Shown: positions 12,301-20,400 of the stretch, piece after piece
Numbering within the stretch: the stretch's first letter is position 1
Layout of the letters: each line of letters opens with the position of its first letter
Source: Macrostomum hystrix
Taxonomy: Eukaryota > Animalia > Platyhelminthes
Assembly (NCBI GenBank): GCA_950097015.1
Contig: CATNEN010000003.1
Span: forward strand, 12,090,001 to 12,154,000
DNA: 64,000 nt
Direction of reading: 5' to 3'
Program-made: the position numbers and the translations under genes
The notes under the pieces: generated by a model
The model's input: only the letters and a program-made list of their open reading frames with translations
Told to the model about the DNA's origin: nothing
Databases searched by the model: none

Positions 12301-13709
12301 TCTTTCTCTTTCTCTCTCAGTGCACCTGCCCCCCAGTCCCCCATTGACGCGTACAATGTACATTGCTCACTGCACTTGACTAAACAATAATATATATATC
12401 GGCTCTCTGCCCATCGCTGGCTTTAAGCGTTTCGTAGCTCGCACACACTCGCCTTGACTTCTAACATAACACAAAGGTCCATGAGCTCGATTTCACGGTG
12501 AGACCACCTTTTTTGAGGCGCAGCCACGGAGAAAAGGCGTGTCGTGCAATTTACTCGATGGCCAACCTATATGGCACAGTGAGAGTGTACACTGATTGAC
12601 GACAAGAAAGTCATGACACATGTACACATCTGTGAGTGTGTGCATGCGTACGGTATCTGTGTGAGTGTGTGCATGCGTACGGTATCTGTGTGACTGTGTG
12701 CATGCGTACGGTATCTGTGAGTGTGTGCATGCGTACGGTATCTGTGTGAGTGTGTGCATGCGTACGGTATCTGTGTGAGTGTGTGCATGCGTACGGTATC
12801 TGTGAGTGTGTGCATGCGTACGGTATCTGTGTGAGTGTGTGCATGCGTACGGTATCTGTGTGAGTGTGTGCATGCGTACGGTATCTGTGAGTGTGTGCAT
12901 GCGTACGGTATCTGTGTGAGTGTGTGCATGCGTACGGTATCTGTGTGTGTGCATGCGTACGGTATCTGTGTGTGTGTGCATGCGTACGGTATCTGTGTGA
13001 GTGTGTGCATGCGTACGGTATCTGTGTGTGTGCATGCGTACGGTATCTGTGTGTGTGCTTGCGAGTCAGTGGAAAGGACAGTATTGCCTCCGTACTGGCT
13101 AGGGGTCTATTGTCACCTAATCATAATAGTGATAAAGGCAATTCTGAGGATTAAACTACGCCAAGTCAGTGAGTACCAAGAGGATTTTTGGGTCTCAAAT
13201 GCCGTGGAGAAATTCCCAACATGTAAGCTCCCAAAGTTGCCATGAAACTTTCTTACATTTTTACCGCAGATCCGCAGGCACTAATCCTAGTTGTTGCCAT
13301 AGCAAACGGAGCCTGCCCTTATACTATGAGCCCAACTGTCATGGAAGGCGTCAATTTCGGTCGAGTTTTTGCCAGCTCAGTGTGCGGCAGGTTCTTTCTA
13401 GTCCAACGCCCATCTAGCTGCTCATTGCCGCATCACCTGGACCAGAATCAACAGCTTTGCCAGCGAGGAGTTCAGCTGTCAATTAAACAAACCTTCAATT
13501 CAAGAATCTTAGCCGAGGTGCTGCTAAAACACCAATTGACTAAACAAGGCCGGGAATTGTTGAAAAACCAGATTGCATCGAGTCAACAGAGTCTGATGCT
13601 ATCTAAACTGACGCGCCATAAGGGAGAGAGTCAAGTTAACGAAGATGACAATGGTTGCTCCTGGTGCGATTGGATCTTGTTTGGTTGTCGACGAAAGCGA
13701 AAGAAATAA
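6380..13709 (+). CDS. Atypical Rab/Ras-superfamily small GTPase-like protein (~336 aa); exons 6380-6536, 7100-7513, 13270-13709
   Basis: Exon 1 encodes YYKVVALGNSGIGKT (G1). Exon 2 encodes TVG (G2), LNIWDTSGK (G3) and YIHDAHCILLVY. Exon 3 encodes DPQALILVVA...CSWCDWILFGCRRKRKK*. Both introns are GT-AG and phase 1, and the total of 1011 nt is divisible by 3. Confidence 0.8.
6635..6884 (-). mobile_element. tRNA-derived SINE, family A (CORE-like central domain)
   Basis: Minus strand: A box TAGCCTAGTGG, B box GGTTCGATTCC, then GTGTCCTTTAGCAAGACACTTAACTCT (CORE/MIR-like). A close second copy lies at 59559-59860. Confidence 0.85.
6940..7060 (+). mobile_element. SINE family B, degenerate 3' fragment
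   Basis: GTGCAATTT...AACCTCCAAGG...GATGAGAAA...GTATCTGTGAGCGTGTGCGCTCAGAAGTCAGCGG aligns with the copies at 14109-14390 and 42815-43083. Confidence 0.65.
7549..7595 (+). mobile_element. SINE family B, 5' head (interrupted by the Gypsy insertion)
   Basis: GGGGATGAGTGGCATAGTG (A-box-like) matches the start of the 42815 copy. The rest of the SINE resumes at 12472. Confidence 0.7.
7596..7804 (+). repeat. 5' LTR
   Basis: TGTTGTGT...CTAACATAACA, direct repeat of 12263-12471. Confidence 0.97.
7840..11952 (+). CDS. Gag-Pol polyprotein (1370 aa): gag with two Zn knuckles, aspartic protease, RT, RNase H, integrase
   Basis: CGFCGQQH..CPA..CNNCGRANHFSSVC; KVDTGADVNV; RLCLDP..PFGRYRWKRVPYGL..FFDDII; VDASKSGIG..EKELLA..DHKPL; H-x3-H..CEAC; DLF..SDNGPQF..SNGKAERYV. 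The domain order PR-RT-RH-IN is Gypsy-type. Confidence 0.97.
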   Translation: MDGLRPPEPMIFDTNRADNWRRWISAFDFYMKATKRTEESEEVKIAVLLTALGSDGQDVFSTFPADQVATYAAVKSAFQEYCEPLSNETFERYQLRTRVQGEAEDFDQFVGSLRQLIKRCNYSEPANKETIENSVIRDQIVIGANDPALRERLLRETKLTLDRAIQMGRASETSKRQARTLATAQISRATPAPAPASVEAVQGRTSRSQPASNAKSARSCGFCGQQHERRKCPAFGKTCNNCGRANHFSSVCRSAKKVNELVENTETESAGDGPAAAIMTVEQPGARTKAQTDSSAMMVCLTVTDSGRKLQFKVDTGADVNVIPLKRLIQLAPAASIEPTSWTLTTYNKQLLDVVGITYLTVSSPCRKNARLQFVVVGENSTPIIGWKSAIEELQLVKKLFSLQQSLSSISKVSKQQLSELNSSQLKASFPEVFNGVGCMKQPYTIQLSDNAVPKVQPPRKVPFAAYQPLKCELERLEKEGTIARVDEPTQWVSNVAIVWKKDGSMRLCLDPTYLNRFIIREYHPIPTAEEVRAATAGAILYSSFDANESFHQLKLDDESSFLTTFHTPFGRYRWKRVPYGLSSIPEVFQKRMEENVTNNVRNSKNFFDDIIVWGRTVEEHDQAVRELLEQCKRAKVTLNPQKMRVGVQELNYLGDVLSSEGLRADPMKVKAIKEMIRPNDVEGLTSKKEQLRRFLGCVTYLAKFCPHLSATAEPLRHLLKKDVIWSWTHQHDEAYDSIITELCSNRVLATFDVSKPVTVSVDASKSGIGAVLLQEDRPVEFASSAMTKAQQAYAQIEKELLAIVYGCKKFHRYLWGRTVNVQSDHKPLESILKKQLCDTTPRIQRLLLQLQPYDIRVKYTPGKELYVADTLSRAHGKTDSLTLLLEEALDGQVLAVERCFSGDREILTMIKKATAADQTSQRLQEVIQAGWPEHRNRLPDDLKVFWDLRHDLTFVSGLLCLKDRIYVPAGSARSSILRILHAGHPGIVKMDLKAKDYFFWPGMRTCIERTVSQCEACQRNMKAQSKETLMIVEMPEFPFQVCSTDLFEFRGAAHLVYVDAYSHWMSITRLRSTTSLAVVQVLQDHFQNFGVPEKLISDNGPQFTAGEFRQFMNRFQVEHRTSSPAYPQSNGKAERYVQTAKNMMKKCQETGQSLALALLHYRNTPVGSGFPSPAEMAFGRKLRCDLPTTVQDLRPRETYVHASIEAFQKERTRAAQLYNRGARALRRLEVGEPVWLQCDRRNWVAAEVDSEVDGSPRSYWLRTESSQLLRRNRRFIRPREIGVPFHESYPVADEDVNLSEADDQQAPVQPAVQPAVQPAVQPATEQPAEPVQPAEEPASVQPCSSSDDSGFRTKRGRLVHQPQRYQASW
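12263..12471 (+). repeat. 3' LTR
   Basis: Identical to the 5' LTR, preceded by the PPT and followed by the TSD. Confidence 0.97.
12472..13110 (+). mobile_element. SINE family B body with an internal minisatellite expansion
   Basis: GAGCTCGATTTC (B-box-like), GGCACAGTGAGAGTGTACAC core, and 3' end GAGTCAGTGGAAAGGACAGTATTGCCT, all homologous to 14109-14390. Confidence 0.8.
12630..13055. repeat. Minisatellite, 25-29 bp unit (GTGTGCATGCGTACGGTATCTGTGTGAGT), ~15 copies
   Basis: Directly visible; lies inside the SINE-B copy. Confidence 0.95.
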
Positions 13710-14108
13710 GTCGGTACTTCTGGGCTAACATGGACTGAACAAAGACCAATAAAGCTTAGAAAATGGTACTCTTTTAGGATTTTATGGAATTTACAGACTT
13801 TTCTTCTTTTGTACTTTCTCTACAGTAATCTATAAAGTTCTAAAGTTTCCGTTCTTAGACAACTTAAAAACTAAACCTCAAAACCTTGTAAAAAAGCATG
13901 GCAACCTGTTAAAGCCACTAGTTTTTATATTATATTATAACGGGGAAACACAATGTAAACTAGATTAATAAATACTTACCCACGAGTACAGTAAAACTAA
14001 GAATTGTACTAAATATAAAATAATATTGTTAATTAAAAAACTATAAGCCTTGGCACCACCTTCTAGACTTTATTTTTTACTTTGTTTGTACTTGTTATTA
14101 CTAGTAAG

Positions 14109-14390
14109 TGGAGCAGGAGGGAGTGGGTGAGTAGCAGAGCAGTCTCTCGCACCGAGGTCCCCGAGCTCGATTCCGCGGCGAGGCCACATTCGTTTGGGGA
14201 GTCGCGGAGAGAATGCTTGGGGGTTTGTCGTGCAATTTATGTCTTTGAGGTCCAACCTCCAAGGCACAGTGAGAGTGTACACCGCCTGACGATGAGAAAG
14301 TCAGGGGGAGATGTACACACCCCTGTGTGATGGTGTGCTCAGGAGTCAGCGGAATGGGCAGAATTGCCTTTTGCTGGCTGCGGGTTTACT
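14109..14390 (+). mobile_element. tRNA-derived SINE family B, near full length
   Basis: GAGCTCGATTCC B-box-like motif, CCAACCTCCAAGGCACAGTGAGAGTGTACAC, CCTGACGATGAGAAAGTCAGG hairpin and GCTCAGGAGTCAGCGGAATGGGCAGAATTGCC, shared with five other loci. Confidence 0.8.
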
Positions 14391-14510
14391 GACTATTCTA
14401 GAGATGTGAGACTTTGAAACTAATTCTTCTAGAGAGGGGTGAGATTTTAAAAGTGATACTCTAGTCAGGTGAGATTTTCAAACGAACTTTTTCAGAGAAG
14501 TGAGATTCTA
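14391..14510 (-). repeat. Degenerate inverted copies (~4) of the 31-bp satellite
   Basis: TATTCTAGAGATGTGAGACTTTGAAACT is the reverse complement of the unit at 15385-16335. Confidence 0.7.
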
Positions 14511-15384
14511 ACCTAGAAGCAACTAACCCACTAACTGCCTATTAGAAGAAACGCAACCTGCCAATCTTATCTTAGGTATGAGAAAAAAATAGCTTACTAG
14601 AAATAAACAAATAATAAAGCTATCACAATTTAGTGTTCAAACGATTGCACACTGCACGGAGGAACAGAGGGGGGAGTGACGCAAGCGATCTAGACAGTGG
14701 GTTAGCCTCCGCCTGAAAGAAGAAATAGTTATTTTATTTATTTATTTATCTCATTCATAAATTCTTGAACAAGAACAAAATGATGTTTTAACTTATAGAT
14801 AACACACAACAGCGGATCTAAGAAACGGTAATAAGATAACCAATTGCACTACTCATTTAGCAGTAGCACATGAGCAGCTAAAATAGACTGTAAAAGAGCA
14901 AGAATTATTATGAATTTATGACGTAAAATTTGCTGATATTGCACTGGCTTTTACATTTTATGAATTTTTTTGGACTAAATTGAAAAAAAACCACGATAAA
15001 AAGGAACCAAACACCGTACTAGGGGATGCTGTTACTAGATATTAAATTTAGATTTAACTAAACAAAAAGCCAACATTTCATTCAGTACAAAGCAACGTGC
15101 AAAAACACACGTTGAAGACAACAAAAAATAGAAAAACTGTTTAGTAAGAATGCTATCGTTTTTTTTAACTTCAGGAATTATTTTTGCTTTGAAAAAAAGT
15201 TATGATCACAATTAGCAGCTAATAGGGAAATCATACATGTGCTCACAAAAAATCACTTCAAAAATCTAATAAAATCCAAAAATTTGAAAAAATTTCGATT
15301 GTTTCACATTTTATACTCGCACGAAAATGGAATGATTAACTGGCAGGACAGTCATACCTTAATGAGCAGCGAAGTTTAGCGTCT

Positions 15385-16335
15385 AAATCTCACCTCAGTA
15401 CATTAGTCTGTTTCAAAATCTCACCTCTGCAGAACAGTCAGTTTCAAAATCTCACCTCTGCAGAACAGTAATTTTCAAAATCTCCCCTCTACAAAATAGT
15501 CAGTTTCAAAATCTTACCTCTCCAGAACAGTCAGATTCAAAATCTCACCTATGCAGAGCAGTCAGTTTCGAAATCTCACCTCAGTACATTAGTCAGTTTC
15601 AAAATCTTACCTCTCCAGAACAGTCAGTTTCAAAATCTCACCTCTCTAGAATTGTCAGTTTCAAAATCTCACTTCTCTAGAATAGTCAGTTTCAAAATCT
15701 CACCTCTCTAGAATTATCAGTTTCAAAATCCCACCTCTCCAGAATAGTCAGTTTCAAAATCTCACCTCTCCAGAATAGTCAGTTTCAAAATCTCACTTCT
15801 CTAGAATAGGCAGTTTCAAAATCTCACCTCTGCAGAACAGTAATTTTCAAAATCTCCCCTCTACAAAATAGTCAGTTTCAAAATCTTACCTCTCCAGAAC
15901 AGTCAGTTTCAAAATCTCACCTATGCAGAGCAGTCAGTTTCGAAATCTCACCTCAGTACATTAGTCAGTTTCAAAATCTCACCTCTCCAGAATAGTCAGT
16001 TTCAAAATCTCACCTCTCTAGAATTGTCAGTTTCAAAATCTCACCTCTCTAGAATAGTCAGTTTCAAAATCTCACCTCTCTAAAATAGGCAGTTTCAAAA
16101 TCTCACATCTCTAGAATAGGCAGTTTCAAAATCTCACCTCTCTAGAATTGTCAGTTTCAAAATCTCACCTGTCTAGAATAGTCAGTTTCAAAATCTCACC
16201 TCTCTAGAATAGGCAGTTTCAAAATCTCACCTCTCTAGAATAGGCAGTTTCAAAATCTCACCTCTCTAGAATAGGCAGTTTCAAAATCTTACCTGTCTAA
16301 AATAATCCGTTAATAATATCTCACCCTACTAGAAC
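15385..16335. repeat. Minisatellite, 31 bp unit (AGTCAGTTTCAAAATCTCACCTCTCTAGAAT)
   Basis: Directly visible tandem array of ~30 copies. Confidence 0.95.
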
Positions 16336-16802
16336 AGTTCTTTTAATCAGATTATTAGAACTAATTAGAACTGTTTAAAATCTAACTGCTTTATAATTGA
16401 AGGAAAAAGATTACCTTTAAAACAGAGAGTCGACAGTAATGTAGGGAATGAAATGCACAGGGGAACATTGGACCACGGGCCAATAGTGGCTTAGAAATGA
16501 TAAAACATTAACTCAAGGAGAGTAAAAGACACTGAAGCTTTGATATTGAGAGGACAACTGGCCACTGTGCAAGTTTAGCATGTGTATCTTGCTCTGTCAA
16601 AGAGTGCGAAAGCTGGACATTTGAAACAGCAAGCAAAAAGCATTAATAATGGGCCAAGAAAGGCAGAAGAAGCAAAATATTTGACGTGGGCTATAAAAAC
16701 TTTTAAAACAATATGATGCATAGCACTTCAAAAACATCGAATAGAAAGAAACGATTGTTGCTAAGCAGCTGAAATGCTTCGAAATAGTATCATTATAATG
16801 GT

Positions 16803-17281
16803 AAATCCCTTGTTGCTATGGGAAATCTCCTGTTGCTCGGGGAAATCGCTTGTTGCTATGGGAAATCCTTTGTTGCTATGGAAATCCCTTGCTGTTATGA
16901 GAAACCTTCGCTGCTATGGGAAACGTCTTGTTGCTATGGGAAATCTCTTGTTGCTATGGGAAATCTCTTGTTGCTATGGGAAACCTTTGTTGCTATATTC
17001 GATTGTTTAATATTTTATACTCGCGCGAAAATGGAATAATTAACTGGTAGGACAGTCATACTTTATATGAGCAACGAAATTTAGTGTCAAATTAATTTCT
17101 CCGCTTTGCAGAATAGTCAGCAGAATGGGAATCCCTTGCTATGGGAATCCCTTGCTGCTATGGAAAAACTTTGTTGCTATGGGAAACCATTGTTGCTATG
17201 GAAAAACCTTGTTGCTATGGGAAACCCTTGTTGCTATGGAAAAACCTTCGCTCATATGGAAATTCCACATTGCCATGAGAA
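16803..17281. repeat. Two blocks of a degenerate 19-21 bp repeat (CTTGTTGCTATGGGAAAcc)
   Basis: Blocks ~16803-16997 and ~17126-17281, separated by an interspersed repeat (17015-17120) homologous to 15311-15390. Confidence 0.85.
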
Positions 17282-17471
17282 ATCCAAGGGATTTCTTGAA
17301 ACGCCATGCATCAAGTTCATCTTAGAGTAAACATACATTTACTTCTGTATGGTTGCTATGCTAGTGGAATGGTTAAAGTGAAAAGTGCTCAAAAAGGCCG
17401 ATAAAAGTGAGTGATTAAAAAAATGGAAAAAAGGCCGTCAGTCAACAGACATTGGACTATTGCAGGCAAAA

Positions 17472-20400
17472 TCACTTGTATTTCTTGATGCGCCGTAATT
17501 GAATGTAGCACAGGGCCAAGAAGAACAATGTGATCAGCATCATGCCAAACTCGTTGCTCCACAGATCCCAGCCTGTTTGATAAGCGATCTGCTGGTCGCT
17601 AAGGACCACGTAGCCGGATTTGCTAGGCGATTGAGGGCGAACGGAGGTGGGGTGGGCCGATAGTTTAGAAGGTATTTATCGAGTTCTACTTCGTACTGAT
17701 TTTAGTATCTACCGCTTCCTTTATGCTCCTTTTTATGAAGCTTATCTACATCTTAATCTTATGCAATTCTTAATGCTATCTACCTCTCAATCTTATCCAC
17801 CTATTAATATTATCTACCTCTCAATCTTATCTACCTTTTAATATTATCTACCTCTCAATCTAATCTATCTTTCAATCTTATCTACCTCTCAATCTTATCT
17901 ACCTCTCAATCGTATCCACCTTTTAATATTATCTACCTCTCAATCTAATCTACCTTTTAATCTTATCTACCTTTAAATATTATCTACTTCTAAAGTAGAT
18001 AATACTTCGGGTGTCCGGAAAGTCATGAGAATGTGTTATTCTAACTACTTAGACACAAGCTATTGACAAGATACTGTACCATTCTAACACTTGACCTAAT
18101 ATATGTCTATGGCTGAAAGAGCTAGATTCTTGCTTCAAATTTGGGGGTAAGGCTGATGGTTATAACTTAGAAGTCTAGGCCACTGCAACGCAGAGGCAAA
18201 GCAAGCATCTATCGTTACTTTTTTCTTCATTGATCCTTGCTGCTGCTTTGAGATGGACGAGTTTCAAGCTTATGCTTATACCAGGTATAAGCTTGGTATA
18301 TCTGCTCCTGATTGCCATGGAGAACTGCTGAAAGTGCATGGAGATGTGGCGCCTGGTCTGTCGTTAGTGTACCGATGGTACACAAGGTTCCGTGACGAGT
18401 CGTACCCACTGGCCCAAGCTGCCCGTACTGGCCGGCCGAGATCGACGAGAACACCAGAGCTGATCGAGACCTGCAGAAATCTCGTGAAAGAAGACCCAAA
18501 AGTGAGTGTCAGAGATCTTGCTGACTTCATGGAGGTTGGGAAATCAACAGTGCATGAAATATTGACTGAAGACCTGCAACTTCGCAATGTGTCTGCCGTG
18601 TGGGTCCCGCATGTTCTCTCCGAGGAGAACAAGGTTGCTCGCGTCAATTGTGCCAAGCAAATACGTCGGATTTTTCATACCGAGGGCATGACCAGCTTCT
18701 GCAACAAGTACGTGGTGGAGGACGAGACGTGGGTGTACCTTAAAAACACTGGTACACGGCAGAACAACCGGTGCTGGCTGGGTCAAGGCGACCATCGACC
18801 TCAAGTTGTGAGACACTCAGTCGGGGACCCAAAGACAATGCTGGTAGTCGCTTTCACCCCAAGCAAGCGATTCTCTATCATGTCAACGGCGCCAAAGCAG
18901 ACTGTTGATGCCAATCGCATCGTTGAATTCGTTCGACACACAGGTGACCTATGGCGGAGCCTCAGATCACAGCCAATTCATCTGTCCGAAGTCTTGTGGC
19001 AGTGGGACAACGCACGACCTCATGTGGCCCAGCCTGTGCAGCAGTACATGGAGACTCGTGGAGTTCAACTGCTTTTTCAGAGTCCCTACAGCCCTGATTT
19101 CAATTTATGCGACCGTTTTTTCTTCAATTGGCTGAAATCGGACTTCTCGAAGCGGGAGTTCAGCAGCCACGATGAGGTCCGCGAGGCCGCGTTGCAGTGG
19201 GCGAGGGGTCTGGATGCAAACTGCTTGAAACGCGAGGTTCTACGGCTCGTGGAGCACTGCCAAGCTGTGATTGACTTCAGGGGAAATTACATTACTGATT
19301 AGTAAAGTTTCACTGTTCTGCGCTTTTTTATAATTAACCTTTTGTAGTTTTCTCATGACTTTCCGGACACCCGGAATACCTCACAATCTTGCTTATCTCC
19401 TTATTAATTTTAACAGCCGCGCATACTACTCACCAGGTCCTAGTAACATTAGTAGTATTACGAATCGGACAGAAATCCAATCCGAGAAATTCGTTAACAG
19501 ACAGGCCGGCGTAGGCGTAATTAAACACGGACAGGTATTTGCACCAAGCCAGCCAGTTGCCCATTGAGCTGATGTTCATTAGGAAGCCGCCAAATACCAT
19601 CATAAATACGTAAATAATCGATATGAAAATATTGGCAATGCCAAATACGGACACCGAAGCCGAGACAAAGAATGCCACACCGCAGGCGGCACAGGTGGCC
19701 AATACCAGATTCAACTCGTAGAAGAAGAATGCTCCAGCATCTAGCTTGAGTTTAGACATGAAATACACTATAGGCATGAATAGTACTACCGGCAGTGTCT
19801 TGATTGGCAGCATGTCGCAGAAGATCTTGGCTAGAAAGTACACAGACACACGGTAGAAACCAGAAGAATTCTCGTGTATAAATATCACTCTCTCCTTAAT
19901 AAAGACCTCGATAGCGCCTAGATTAACAAAGACCATCTGCAAGATTAGAAAGAAGAATAGGCCTTGACGATTCTGGATGCCAGACTCGAGTGACGTGTCC
20001 AGGCCGAAGAACACCGTGCCAATGCTGATGCCGAAAAATAAGTAGACCACTAGCTGGATGATGGAGCTCTGGGGATTGCGAAACAGGTTCAAGGCCGTGC
20101 GCCAGGACACCCACACGACCTGCGAGTTTGTGAGGTAGATAATAAATTATAAATTGTCTCTCCCCCAGGGATGAGTCATCACCTCTTTGTCCCGCGCTGG
20201 ATGTCCCGCTCAGTCAGCACGTGATTCTCCTCATGTGACTGGCCTCTCTCTTTGTCTTCTAAAGTGCACGTAAACATGTTTACTGTACATGTTTACGTAC
20301 AGCTTTGATTATAAGACAGGAGCCTACGTAGGAGTGACGTTCCTGGCGCCACTGACGTCAGTTGCTAATTTTAGAAACCACGTGATTCCATCACGTGTTT

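Larger units (their letters stand above)
7596..12471 (+). mobile_element. Full-length Ty3/Gypsy LTR retrotransposon, Mag-like clade
   Basis: LTRs 7596-7804 and 12263-12471 (209 bp, TG...CA, identical by eye). TSD CAAAG at 7591-7595 and 12472-12476. PPT AAGGAGG at 12256-12262. One intact gag-pol ORF. Confidence 0.97.

Noticed and set aside
14625-14730. Strong minus-strand acceptor (TTTCTTCTTTCAG) suggesting an extra 3' exon
   Set aside because: ABCG already terminates at 17472 with a family-typical C-terminus. It could be a UTR exon, but this cannot be supported without transcripts.
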